Of a stretch of DNA of 64,000 nt, positions 15,375 to 28,273 are shown one piece after another. Made by a program: the position numbers and the translations under genes. Every line of letters starts with the position of its first letter. Position 1 is the first letter of the stretch. The DNA is taken from assembly GCA_017499595.2 (NCBI GenBank), contig CM039005.1, positions 1,426,001 to 1,490,000 on the forward strand. The letters run 5' to 3'. Below the pieces are notes generated by a model, which did not search any database, was not told where the DNA came from, and was given only the letters and a program-made list of their open reading frames with translations. This stretch comes from Psilocybe cubensis. Taxonomy: Eukaryota.

Positions 15375-17060
15375 TTAAATCTCTCCTACACCCTCCACAT
15401 CCTGCTTCTGTTCATCGTTAGGCGCAATTCTCAGTTCCCCTGAATCATCGTGCTCTTCACCCCACTTTACAACTCGCCACATGAGATCCACCCACTCTTC
15501 TTCCCCACTCCTCCCACTTGCACCTGTCCCCACACCACGCACCCATTCCTCAGCCTCGCCCCGGGCCTCAATGAGGCGCCATGTGCGTCGCAACGCGAGA
15601 TTATGGAGATAGATAAGAAGTTCCCAGTTTCTCGTTCGCACTCGCTTGTGCTCATCAGTGCGAGAGAGAGAGGAAACGAGGTCATCCAATTCATCACGGT
15701 ACGCGAATTGGTCGGGTGGTTCAAAGTGGTGCCATCTGTGGGAGAGAAACTGGCGAAGGGGGAGGTTGGAATCGGGGGTATTTGGTGAATCGGAGTTCGA
15801 AGGTGAGGATTGAGACTCGTAAAATTTGGAGGTGAGGTATAGATGGCGTGTTGAAATGAGATTAGACTCGTGCACCCAATCTATCTGCGGGCGTGTGTAG
15901 TCGTTGGTATTCGTCGTTGAGGTTGCATCTACGCCTGAAATGCTGTCAGTAGGCTCAATAGAGGAGCGAAAAACTGCCAGAGCAGCACGCGCTTGTGCTT
16001 CCACAATCGGAAGCGGTGCAACGCGCACCAATAACCCAAGAAATGCTATCGAAGTGGGTGGAGGAAGGTTGTTTTGTTCCTGGCCCTGGATATGAGAACG
16101 AAAACCGCAACCAGGGAATCCAAAAAGGTGCCGCGCCAAGGGGAAGAGCGAATATGAAGTATTTATTAGAGAATGAGTTGAATCCTCAGGAGGATCGGAT
16201 GGTATCAACGAGGGCACAATTTGGAACCCTGCATTAGAATCATTTTTGAAGAAGGGAAATGTGACACTGTACCCCGTGGCAAGAACACAGTAATCAATAT
16301 TCTCGGTGGTACCATCAGAGAAATGAACGGTGGAGGATGATGAGAACGACGTTGTACGTGGCTTAATTGTGCACTGCGATGGAGGCGAAGGAGGGGCGCC
16401 TGTAGATGTCGATAAAAATACTCGCCTTGCGAGGGGAAGGAGCTCCGCTGAGATATCGAGCCCACTTGGGCCACTTCCAACAACGAGAATAGAGGCGTCC
16501 TTGAGAGGAATGGGAATGCTATGGGGATTGCGGTACGTTTGGGAATGGGATGCGCGCGAAGAAGAAAGCCAAGAATCTAGACCTGGGATGGAAGGCACAC
16601 GCGGAGTGTTATGGTGTCCATTGCAAACCAAGAGAAGCGAGCATCTATACACCTCCGAACTATTCTCAGTCAGTATCTCCCAGCATGGATCCCGCCATTT
16701 AATGTCCACTACATGCGCCTTGAACTTCACATGTGAACGAAGCCCAAAGGTATCCGAATATGCTTCCAAATACGACTGCACTCTGTCTGCATGTGGGAAC
16801 AGCGGTGTGTTAGGGGGAAAGGGAAAAGATGGAAACCCCATCAGAGGATGTGGTAGGTTTGTCGTCAATGAATCGTAGAGGGGTGATGAGACCGAGGAAT
16901 GCCAGACGCCGCCAACGGTGTGCGATGTCTCGAACACGGTAGGTACCCATTGTCCCAGGGCATATTCGGGAGATTCGAGAATAGATTTGAGAGCAGCAAG
17001 CCCCGCAGGACCAGCACCAATGATTCCTATTCTCTTTGGCGTCCTTTCCAACGTGGTCAT
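15375..17060 (-). CDS. Flavin-containing monooxygenase (class B FMO), single exon
   Basis: 561-aa ORF with FAD GAGPAG, GGVW, LYDSLTTN, CNGHH, HSxxYR (FMO motif), NADPH GSGPSG and ATGY. Confidence 0.92.
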   Translation of the reverse strand: MTTLERTPKRIGIIGAGPAGLAALKSILESPEYALGQWVPTVFETSHTVGGVWHSSVSSPLYDSLTTNLPHPLMGFPSFPFPPNTPLFPHADRVQSYLEAYSDTFGLRSHVKFKAHVVDIKWRDPCWEILTENSSEVYRCSLLLVCNGHHNTPRVPSIPGLDSWLSSSRASHSQTYRNPHSIPIPLKDASILVVGSGPSGLDISAELLPLARRVFLSTSTGAPPSPPSQCTIKPRTTSFSSSSTVHFSDGTTENIDYCVLATGYSVTFPFFKNDSNAGFQIVPSLIPSDPPEDSTHSLINTSYSLFPLARHLFGFPGCGFRSHIQGQEQNNLPPPTSIAFLGLLVRVAPLPIVEAQARAALAVFRSSIEPTDSISGVDATSTTNTNDYTRPQIDWVHESNLISTRHLYLTSKFYESQSSPSNSDSPNTPDSNLPLRQFLSHRWHHFEPPDQFAYRDELDDLVSSLSRTDEHKRVRTRNWELLIYLHNLALRRTWRLIEARGEAEEWVRGVGTGASGRSGEEEWVDLMWRVVKWGEEHDDSGELRIAPNDEQKQDVEGVGEI

Positions 17061-17434
17061 CGATAGTGTCGGAGGCTCGGAGCACTCAGCGGTAACGGTT
17101 GGATGCAGTTAGATTACGAGATCTGCTTGGCTTTGTGTACGCGTCGTGTATCTGATTACATCATTACATAGTGTCACCGTCACCCGGATTTTCCCGGAAT
17201 TGTGAACTCTGCGGAAAGTCGCATCCACATGCTGCAGCAAGTGTTCCCGAGTCTACCTCTGATCGAGTCTCTGCAACCTCCATTTTCACTACGTCTGAGC
17301 GAAGATTTCTCTTGGTTATCTTCAACAGACTTAAATGTCTCGAATCTGCTTTGCAACTACATGCTCAAAGCTTGCTAGGATCTTGGGCTTGCTATTACAG
17401 ATATATCTGCAAAAGTTTATAAGCTATGTACATA

Positions 17435-19184
17435 CTATGATGCATCACGGATTGAACGGTTGAACCACAACTCTCCTACTGGCGTTTCAATGTCGTCGCA
17501 GCTTTCTACCGTTTTGTTGTGGATTTCACGAATGTTTAGAACAATCCGAGAGGATAGTATACATGACATGGCCAGTGAGAAGCTGACGGTGGCGGATAAA
17601 TAGCCCTCCTTGAATTAATCTTAGGTTAGAATTTGAGGCCCATTGGACGAATACACACGCACCCATGAGACTATAGAAATGACCAGAGAGGCCAAATGCG
17701 TGGACACCATGCTAATGGTCAAGCGGGTTAGAGATTATTCCTCTCAAAGATGAACCTACTGATATAATTCTGCTGGAGACAATTTACTCACAAAACATAA
17801 TAAATGGCAGAGTCGCGTATGAGGATAGTCAAGAGACGGTTTGTACGACTACCCAGCCCTAGAGCTCGGTCCTCCGGATCATAAGATTGATAAGCTCGTA
17901 TGAGAGCTAGAACACAGAGGAGGGTTTCAAACACAAGGAAAGGTATCCACATGTCCCTGAATAGAAGAGACCCTCCTGCTGAGAAGCACACTGATGTACT
18001 AGCCTGAGGGATGTGTATTACATGCCCTTTGTGAAGCACCAAATCAATGGAACTTCAATTCTGTTTGAAATATTTTAAAGAGTATCATACCCCTCAGTCC
18101 AGCGGTACTTCTTGCAATAAGCCATGCCGTGATAGCCATGCAGGTTAAGAAGATCGTGAAGACGACGGAAAACAGTTTCTTGTTCATCCCGTAGATCGCA
18201 TACAAACGGATTTGAAATATAACTACAAATCAAAAGAGCACACACACATAAGCTTGAATCTTTACAGAAGGGATAAAAGTCTTACTTTGGGCAAGTCCAA
18301 ACGTAAGTACAGTCCAACCTTCCCATTGAAGATATGTAGAGCCTGTAACCAAAATTCAGTGCTGTTTATGCGTCCCTGGATAGCGATCCATGTATGCACA
18401 TCTGGACGGCCGGATTTGGTTAAATTTATATCTATGCAAGTTTTTTTCAAGAAATCCTACATCTACACTAGGTTTACTTTAGTTATACACATACAGATGG
18501 TGGTGGACTCACTGCGCTTGTTGTGTTACCATAGTCCAGTTCTTGAATCCAATTTTTAACTTTGTGTATTTGCGTTATATAAAACAATGAAGAAAGACGT
18601 ACCACCATATCCTGCTGCTCTATAGACAATACAAAGTTTGGTACACTCGAGCCCCTGGTCACGAATTTAAAAACTCAAGCTCACATGCTTCCAATAAGGG
18701 TGTAATAGCGGTTCTGACAGACGAAGGCTTAGGTATAGCTATTTCAAATGATTGATATTAATCTCACCAACAAAAAGACGACCTTTACAACGGACCACTT
18801 GGACCTCTGTATAGGTAAATTCAGAAAAAGATCAAGTACCCCCAATAGTTTCAAATTTGACCCATATTAAATTAACCTGGCGCAAGCAATCAGTGTAAAC
18901 ACTAGAACATGATATTTACTGAAACTCACTTCCTGCCGGAACGTGATCACTAGTAAACAGTTGAGGTTACTGGTCAATGTAATCAAAGCGCCTGAATACT
19001 CACAGTGGTCATATAGCACGATTGTTGCACAAACCCCTGGTAGATATTTAGGATAACGTTCCAACCTGTACAATCTGGAGAGCAGTGTTGCTCAAGCAAT
19101 CATACCTCTCAGGTACACGACCCGTTGGATTTGCGCGAGCTGTACGGCAGTGAACTGCGACTTTGGTGCGATCAAGGAATCCAT
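17435..19184 (-). CDS. DUF6533-type membrane protein, copy B
   Basis: MDSLIAPK...CATIVLYDH...WSVVKVVFL...IRLYAIYGMNKK...WIPFLVFETLLC...LIRDSAIYYVL...SRIVLNIRE. Confidence 0.8.
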
Positions 19185-20885
19185 TTCCCTATAGTAAACT
19201 CCAGATTCAAGGTCACTGGATGCAGAGGGGAGAAACAGATTGAGAATGGATACAAAATCTCGGAACTCAGTGCATAATGGTCCTAATATATGCCCACAGA
19301 ATGTCCAGATGTTAACGAATGATGCTAGATGAAGGTGTAGAGACAATTTCTATAGATAAAATGTTCGAGATAAAATAGCTGATTGGAGTATGTGCCTGTT
19401 GCGCCCTGATGAACGTTTCGGAGTGACCGTCGTCTGGCCCCGTAGCTGGATTTTTAGAGAATGTAGGGCATGGTAGATTAATTTACATACAAATACATGT
19501 TGAATAAACTGGTAACTATCATGAAAACCTTTGCTCCTGTGCTCTTATTCTATGCACTACAAACAAGAACGATTATCTTGCAGGATTGTGAGAATGTTTC
19601 CCATTTGGAGTGATCTACTTTTATGGTCTTTTTTTAAAAAAGAAATGACACGCAAAAATGGGTTGATTTGGTGCTGGTTAGCAAGGTACTTGAGAATGAA
19701 TTATGAAGGAGGCATTACTTACTGAGGTAATTTAAACCCTTGCAGAGCGTTAGAGTAACACTCATGCCAACCATTAAACTTATCAAAAACAGTGAATGAC
19801 GTATGGGGTAACATCTCATCTTAACGCGGTCAGATTTCATGAGAAAGTATGCACGGATCCGCAGAGATGCGGAGATTGGGGTTCCATCCTTGATTTCACT
19901 CCCTCAGCTTTCAATAGAGTCTAAGTCTACCGTCACCACAGTGTCCGTTCGATGTAGTAATATTAAGACTTTATTTTTAACCAATTGCACCCTACGGTAT
20001 CATAAGGTAAGGAAAAGGAAATAGATTGTTCATTCGCGTACCGACCCACATTATTTCTGACCATTGGACATTAAAAAAGGAGCAGAATCAGATATCAGTC
20101 AACGGACGTAAGATTTTGACATAACATCACATCTTTGATTTGCTGACTATGTGGGTATCTTAACTGGTGGAGACAAAAGCAATGGGCAAAACCGTCTATT
20201 TTTACCGTAGCATTGCAATTGATAATGTCTGATAAGTGGTACCTTTCATGTTTGCTTTCCAAATAGTACCAATTTGTACTAACTTAGGGCCCAACACAAC
20301 AATAGTCCCTCAGTCGGTTGACAACAAATATGTAGTCCAACTCCTCCAAACTGTGTTAGAGCTCTGTAACACCTCGCTGGATATGTGATATGTTGACAAT
20401 CCGATTTTCGCGCTATTTAGTTCAGGGAAGGGTTGAAACTATACCCTAGCAGCTTTACTCCACTGTTGAATGCAATATTACTCGGAACTGGGAAGAGCAA
20501 AATTTGGAACGGGCAACGTGGCTGGCTGTGCAGTATGGGGGCAGGTTGAAGAAGCTTCGGCCTAAAGCCGGTGATGGCCCCAACTAATCATAGTGAGCAG
20601 GGTTTGTGAAGGTGCCGGTGCATCGCCGTTACAGCATTTGTATCCCCCATGCAAGCATTCAAATCTTCCGGCTCCGAGTCTCCCTCAGCCACGCTCAACG
20701 CTCACTGGTTCTGCTTGGCTCTCATCAATACACACAGAATGTTTCGCCACAAGTTAAAATTGATTTTTCAATACTTTTGCTGAAAGCCATAAATCATTTT
20801 ACCACAAAGCGTAGCATTAGTCAATAAGTAGAAGCAGGACCTGACTACATGGTATTGTAAAATATACATTTAAAATACTGATTCT

Positions 20886-22739
20886 CTATGCCGTTGTCTC
20901 CCTGGTATTTACATGCCAAGATATTTGGCCTGTTGAGTTGGTGCGATTAAACCATAAATTACCCACACCACTGGATGAACTGTGCAAGCTTTCGATCTTC
21001 GTAATTTCTCGAATATTGAGGACAACACGGGAAGATAGCACACAAGACATCGCAAGGGAGAAACTGACAGTGGCGGATAGGTATCCTTCCTGTGAAATAT
21101 GCAATAGGTATCATGATCATGAGGATGTCAGCAATGCAATGGTTTTCCAAGAAAATGTAATTCTTACCCATGATACAATGGAGATAATCAACGACGCTAC
21201 ATGCGCAGACGCCATTCTAAAGTGATACAGCAGCATCATTATTAGCCAACATTTGAGCTAGCACCAAGTAAACTTACAGAAGATAGTATATGGCAGAGTC
21301 ACGGATGAGGATAGTCATAAGAAAATTGCCGTTCATGTGGGATCCAGGATCTGACGTTTGGTAGCCTCGCAAAAGCGCAAGTGCACAGAGGAGGGTCTCA
21401 AAGCATATTGTGGGTATCCAGACAGCTTTGACAAGACTAGGCGCAATGGTTGGTAAGCACATCATCATATTGACCCCTGGGGGCTGCAAAATAATAGCTA
21501 TACCGTCGAGAGATTAATATGAGATAGCAATGTAAGGAGCTTTGTCATTCAGTCTACCTCACCTGTGAGGCCTTTGGTGCTTGTAATAACGATCCACGCC
21601 GTAAGACCCATAGAACACAAGAAAACGGAGAAAACGGCAATACATAGTGCTTTTTTCATTCCGTACAGTGCGAAAATGCGAATCTGAAAGATAACTGATG
21701 GGTGTTTAACAGCTTGAGCAAATTATTTCTGATTAATGCCTCCAAAGAAAAGACCCACTTTGAGCGAAGGCAAATCCGAGGACTGCCCATGTCTCCAACT
21801 GATAATAGTGTGAACCTGTATCGATCAGAATGATCGGCATGAGCATATTGTCTGATAGAAAGATTCTTCTGTGACTAACGACTTACATCTAGAGTCGCAT
21901 GGCAGGAGGTGAATGAAAGGTAATTATATCAGTATCAGGCGATATAAATTGGGTACCGAGCTTACATCTGGAGAAAGATTAGATGAGATTTTTGATCAAT
22001 TCGTCTACACGCTTGCAAAGCTTACTTTAGCAGAGAGATTAGGACCGAAGTCAAGGTCTTAAATTACGAACAGTTCGTCACTAAGCTCGGATGAGGAGAT
22101 TATATCAACGTACAACGACCGCCATATCCTATGACACTAAAATGAAGACAGAGTTCAGGTTTACGATCATTCAAGGGAAAGTTAAGGACGATTTCTACTC
22201 ACACGGCCCCCAGAAACGTATAATATCGATTCTGCAAAACAATGCAGTGTCAAAATTTAAACTATATCGAATCTTTGAGAAGCGACTGACAATAAGAAAT
22301 AGGGCCTTCACGACCGACCACGGCGATCTCTGGAGCACATTAGTTAGCTATTGATATCTTCAACCTAGCAGAGCAATCGAATGCTCACCCAGACAAGATT
22401 GACCTATGTTTGACGTAGCGATCAGTAATGGAATAATGTATATAGTCGGTGAGACCTGCCTCATTGTCGAATGTAATGCCTTCACAAAAACTCGTCTTTA
22501 GAAAAACGATACTGAAAGCACAGAAAGAACTAACAGTGATCATAAACAACGATTGTGGCGCAGATAGCTATGAATAACAAGATCAGTCCGAAGAATAATT
22601 GAGATTGATTGAAATTCGATGAATCCTGACCTCTTAGGTACGCGAGAAGCTGGTATTCGGATACCAGTTCAATGAGCAAACGGATGCCGTCGGAAATTGT
22701 GAGGCCCTTTGTAGACTGAATAACGGTACCCAATGACAT
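20886..22739 (-). CDS. DUF6533-type membrane protein, copy C
   Basis: MSLGTVIQ...CATIVVYDH...WSVVKALFL...FQIRIFALYGMKK...WIPTICFETLLC...LIRDSAIYYLL...SRVVLNIRE. Confidence 0.8.
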
Positions 22740-23432
22740 CGGTGGCCTCTAGAAAGACAGAGGAGGAAAAGGGTCTGATTCCCAACTCCCCATACAAGCA
22801 ACACCTCTTTTATACAACGGCCGTGGAGGCAACGTTGAATTTTGCATGCCTAGATTCACCCTCCGAGACGGATATCAAGTTGAAAAGGGTTCGTGATGAG
22901 GAATGTACCCTTGGCATCCGTAAATAATGTGTATAGAGTTATTTTGTGTGGCGTAAACGTCAATATGAGTAGCGTCAGTTGACGCACTTTCTTTTCCTAC
23001 AAGTTAACACTTGATGTGACTTCAATGCAAGTTCAAGAGACTCCTACACCCATGAGTGTTATAGAAACCGTAAATCAAGTTTCTAGACAACTACTTCGGT
23101 GTTGTTATTCACGGTGCAGTAGTAATTGCTCATGGCCGACGCCATGGCTGTGGGCACTGGGCGGTGAGTTCATGCACAGTGCCAGTTCGCTGTCAAGCCG
23201 GTGCCCAGTGAAGTGCGGGGGTTAAATTCGGAGATCAAATTTAAAGCCGGTTACCGTGGGATCGTACACAAGGTTGTCGTTGATTGGCTGGGCTCAGCGG
23301 AGAAAAATTAATTAATTTGTGCAGAATTTAGGGTTGTTTACGCGTTGTGTACGCGCGATTGCGTTGAAGGCTGTCCCCAGCTCCTTTATTGGCTACACCC
23401 ATCCATCTCGTCCCTTGCGTCCTCTGGGTGAC

Positions 23433-26400
23433 ATGGACAGGGTCAATGGACAAAATCCTTCCAAACCCACAAAGGAAAAACAACGAGAATTCCAAAACAT
23501 ATTCTCAGTTCAATTTCGTTCACGACTTGCCCTCAGTTCAGAATGTCTCCCAGGCCCTTCAAAAAACGGCTATCATGTACATTGTATGCTCGTTTTTAGA
23601 CGGAAAGCACGCTCACACGCATCTATGTAGAAACCTGTACCTCAAAATGCTCCAAAATTACCGTTTGTCGCGTCAAGTCCCTGAATCGACGCGGTTTTTG
23701 CTAACAAGCTTGTATCCAGCGGAGCCCCTTCATCAAGTGCAATACAACGCTCAACTTTACCTTCAAAGGTGCTTTTTGATCCTGTAGGGAAACTCCGAAT
23801 AGTAAGTACTACTGAATTTAGTTTTTTTTCTCTCCTAAGCGACACAACTCGAGTTTTCGAGGTCTAACAATATAATTCCTTGTTCTTTTTTCCTCCACAG
23901 GCCCTTTCAAATGCTTCAGGAACTGCATCCACGCATCGACAGCCCGCATATATCGACGGAAAATCCCATGGTGTGCGAATATCCAAGATCAATGAGCACG
24001 GCCCTGGGCCCAATTCCAAAGCGATCGACGACGAAAAGGGGGAGAGATCACTGAAGCGCACTCATGCGAAGCTGAAAGAGTCCAAAAGGCATGACAATTC
24101 AGAAGAAGATGAGGAAGAACCACCACCCCGCAAATACAAGAAGATGGTTGTCGAGGATGATTCGGATGAGGAGCTGTCGCATTATAACAGCGACAGTATA
24201 TCGAGGACAAGGGTGCTTCCTCAAGTAGCCGATGAGACGGACGAGCAGGAGACTTCAGATGAAGACGAACGGTCGAGTCATGCTTCAGGCGTCAACTCAG
24301 ACGAAGATCAGTCGTCGCAAGGCACAGCGAGTCCGACGCCTCAGTTATCTGAAGAAACGGGAGATGAGGGAAGCTCGGATCGGGGTGAAGACCAGGAGTA
24401 CGACCTAGAAGTCGATACAGGTAAAAAAGAATCGCGAACATCCACGAGGAGGTCTGTTGTTGTGGTGGAAGAGTCCTCCGATGAGGCTGAGGAGGATGAG
24501 GAGGGTTCATCTGAGGGAGGTGTAGCCGGGGATCATTCGGAAGAGGAGAAGAAAAAAAGCACGCAACGGACGGAGCTGATACCCGGTTCAGATGAAGATG
24601 ACTATATGCAGCCTCCCCCTCTCCCTGTTATTGATTTCGATTCAGATGAAGAGGATGCAAAGCGTTCCTTTAAGGGAGGCGTCGTAGTGGGTCACTTGGA
24701 AGAGAAGCGAGAGAGCACGCAACCTACGGAGCTGATACCCGATTCAGATGAAGATGATTATGCGCCTCCCCCTCTTCCTGTTATTGATTTCGACCTAACC
24801 TCTGAATCATCATTGCCCTGTGAAAAAGTGGCGGCGACGGAGGAGGAGGAGGAGGAGGAAAGCGAAGAAGAGGAGAAAGTGAGAGGACGGAAGATGTTGG
24901 TGGTCTCTGATTCTGAAGGGGAAGATGCGAAATCCGCCTCGGGAAGTATGACGGAAACGGATGATGAAAGTGCGGGGCAAGAGAATGCTGAGGAACAAGA
25001 TGAAGAAGAGGATCAACTGCAGTCGGAGAATGTCACAGTTCTTACGGAGCCTGAAGGCGACAGTCTTTTCTCTGCTGATAGCCCCGGCGATGACATCGAC
25101 GAGTTGGGTGCCGATATAATGAGCCGAGCTCTGAAGCTCTTCCTAGGCGATGAAGACGCGAACATGCAGGTAGCCACTACTGCACTTGGATCTGAAAATA
25201 AACAAATGCCTGTCCCAGTACCTACCCATCCCGCGGCGTCAGCTTCTCATTCCCTGCCAGGTGTGCTTAATCATGTTATTCCCTATATCCCTTTTGCTGA
25301 CCTACCTCATCTATCCCATCTGTCGTTTCCTTCTGCAGATCGAATTCAAGCACATTCTCAACCGCAAACCTCTACGCTTGATATCCTTGATGCCATTACG
25401 CGTCTAGAGAAAAAACTCGAAGATAATATACGCGTTACCTTTGCTGAGCAAAACGCCAAATGGGAACAGGAAATTTTACTACGCGCTGAACGAGATAAAT
25501 CCCAGTTGTTGGAGATCACGCGGAGAGAGGAAGAGAGAAAGGCGGAGCGCGAGAAGGAGAGAGCAATGGCTGAGGCTAAGGAGAGGGAAAGAGAGAGGGA
25601 AAGGGAATTGGAGAGGCAGATACAAGCCGAACGCGAGTCGACGCGTCAAGCTGAACAGGAACGCGTCTTGAAGGAATTAGAACGCGAGAAAACGCGTCAA
25701 ATGGAACAGGAACGTGTTGCACGAGAGATGGACCACGAAAAAGCGCGTCAGGCTGAACAAGAGCGCGTGGCACGCGAGTTGGAACTTGAGAAAGCACATC
25801 AGGTCGCGTTGGAGCGCGAAAAGGCGCGTCAAGCTGAACTGGAACGCGAGTTAGAGAGGCAGCGGGAGTTTTCGCGGCAGGTGGAGAAAGAACGTGATGA
25901 GGAGAGACGGCGGAGGAGCGAGGAGATGGAGATGGAGAAGGCGAAGAGGTTGCAGCAGGTCTTGGAGATGCAGCGCGAGAAGAAGCGGCATGCGGAGGAA
26001 CTTGCAGCTACGAATGCGAATGCGAATGTTGTTCCTGCACCGGTGCCCCAGTTGGTGGTCCCGCCTGAGATTGAAGATCGGATTGCGAAGCGGATATTGG
26101 AGATCTTGACACCTGCCTTGGGGGAGATGTTTCATGCGCGGTTCGAGGCGGACAAGATGGCGTATCAACAAAAGATGGATCAGGAGAGAGCACAACAAAG
26201 GGAGGAGAATGGACGTATGCATGCTGAGTGGCAGAGACTTCACGAAGAAAAGCAGAATGCACGCGACGAGCGAAGGGAAAGGATATGGGAGGAGAGGCAG
26301 TCATTGCGTGATGAGCAGCGGGAAAGGGCATGGGAAGAAAGAGAGAAACTGCGTGAAGCTAGGGAGGAGCAGGGAAAAGAGGACAGATTGGAGGTTATAA

Positions 26401-27708
26401 AAAGTATGATGATGGCTTGGGAGAGTGAACACGAGGCCAAGGAGAGGCTGAGGAATGATGCGGAGCTGCGAAGGGAGGTCCAGCGTATGCAAGAAAAAGA
26501 AGATTTGAAGAGACGGGACGAGGAAAGAGACGCCAGAGAGCAAGCACGTTTTGAAGAGTTGCAGCAGAAGATTGAGGAGCGCTATTTGCAGAAAGCACAA
26601 GACGAAAAGAAAGACAAGCATCTCCAGAATGTGGCTCGAGCGCTTGGTATATTGGGAGATCGCCTGGGGGTTGTACTCAACGTCCTTGGAGTAGGACTAG
26701 ACGGTAAATTTATTGGCTCTGGGTCCATCAACATCACCACAACAGCTTCCTCTGCCGAAACGCCGTTTGCCGCTATAGGGAGAACGAGGAGAGGCCTTGC
26801 GCGCGGTGAAATCCAAGAAGATGATGAGGTTGAAGTCATCGACGTCGACATGGAGGAGACCTGGCCCACGGCGTCGACTTCGACCACGGCGCCACATATC
26901 AAGAATCCGGAGGTCAAGAGCGTGATGGAGAGGCTAACGAATGTTGAAATGGACCTTCAAGAATGTTTGGAGCGACTGAGGGATCCATTGGCGGAATTTA
27001 GTACTGACATACAGACCCTACTCCAGGCTGGGGTTAGACCAGGCATCCAAAACCAACAATCCACTGATGGTGTGTCTCCTCTCTTCTAGTTCTTGCTTTG
27101 GAAAGAGTCACCAAGACTTAATTCAGCCGACAAGTCGACAAGAATCACGCACGAGATATGGACGAGTCCTGTTAGGTCTGGAGATGTTGATACACCGAAA
27201 GCAAAGAGGAGGAGCCCTTCTATTGGTCAACAGGTCACGGCAGAGAGTTCTTCGATCATACCACAACAGCTACCCAACGATAAAATAATGGAACAGATGG
27301 GTACTTTGTCTACTTTCTCACTGGTTAATATGCAGCCACTGACCTACATTACTTTCAGACGGCCTATCTGAATTAATCTTCAACAATTCACAGATCTTCC
27401 AAGGTCAAATCCTGGAATTGAAAGCAGAAATAACGACCGTAAAGGAGCTTGTGGGCAAGTTTAATCTTCTTATTTCGATATCTTTTACTGACCCGAGATT
27501 TGTACAGGATCTATCACTTCCAGAATTGCGACACGAAAACCATCCAAGTTCCTGCAGGAACCCCCTTCCAGTCAGCGAGGATATGATGGAGATCTGTCAG
27601 AAGAAGACGATGAAGAGCCTGGGGAAGATGTGTTTGGTCCCCTCGTCGCAAATTCGTCGCCTTTCGGGATGCACGGACCGCTGGTGGCCCCTATCCCGCA
27701 TGCACCCG
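23433..27708 (+). CDS. Large acidic low-complexity/coiled-coil protein; may be the 5' half of a gene that continues into the PHD-chromodomain ORF
   Basis: Frame-consistent exon chain from ATG 23433 through the 1069-aa ORF (exon 23901-27069), then 27127-27300, 27359-27454 and 27508-27708, ending at a GTATGT donor (27709). Long E/R/Q-rich helical region. Confidence 0.7.
24525..24795 (+). repeat. Internal duplication of about 110 nt (STQxTELIPxSDEDDYxxPPPLPVIDFD, two copies)
   Basis: Near-identical DNA agcacgcaa..acggagctgataccc..ttcagatgaagatga..cctccccctct.cctgttattgatttcga at about 24558-24640 and 24714-24793. Confidence 0.85.
25628..25860 (+). repeat. Degenerate 51-nt (17-aa) tandem repeats in the coiled-coil region
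   Basis: RESTRQAEQERVLKELE / REKTRQMEQERVAREMD / HEKARQAEQERVARELE, with recurring cgcgtca...gaaca.ga.cg.gt. Confidence 0.75.
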
Positions 27709-28273
27709 GTATGTCCTTCTTTCCAAATCCGACCTTGTGGGCGACCTTGCGAACATTAGAACGACATGCTAACGACTTCTTCTTTCTCTTCCTGTATCAC
27801 TATCTCCATGGTCTCTCTCTGCCCTCCAACTTTCTGGAATCTGATACACTTGAAATTTCAAATTATCCCCAATATTTTGTTCAATTCTCTATTTTTGGCC
27901 TATTTTCAATCAAATCGGGCAATATGCCGCCCCCTGACTTTCGTCGGCTACGTCGACCTCACCTTTCTTCTTGATTGCCACCTTTGAACTTGCCCTTGCG
28001 CATTTTCTGGGTTTACCTTTCCCTTTCCTTTCTTCTGTCGTCTCTCCTTGACGACACCCGCCCACCTCAATCCGTCCTTTATACTATTGTTTGCCTCGCT
28101 TCGGTCGCTTTACATCTGTCATCTTGAACATCTGTTGGTTTTTGCTTTTGTGGTGGTATCCCTTTCCTTCTTTTTTTTGTGTTTGGATCGTTTTTATTCT
28201 TCATGCGCCGCCGTTACACTCGCGGCGATTCTTTCTTTCACCCTCTTTTGATTGCATCTGATACCTACCATCC

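Noticed and set aside
15450-17085. Many overlapping antisense and alternate-frame ORFs here and in 24000-31700
   Set aside because: Expected shadow ORFs of long or low-complexity coding regions.
23150-23212. GC-rich inverted repeat CACTGGGC...GCCCAGTG
   Set aside because: Only an 8-bp stem, with no tRNA or snoRNA hallmarks.
27087-27092. TAG followed by an in-frame ORF (possible readthrough)
   Set aside because: Explained by an ordinary intron at 27070-27126 that removes the stop in frame.
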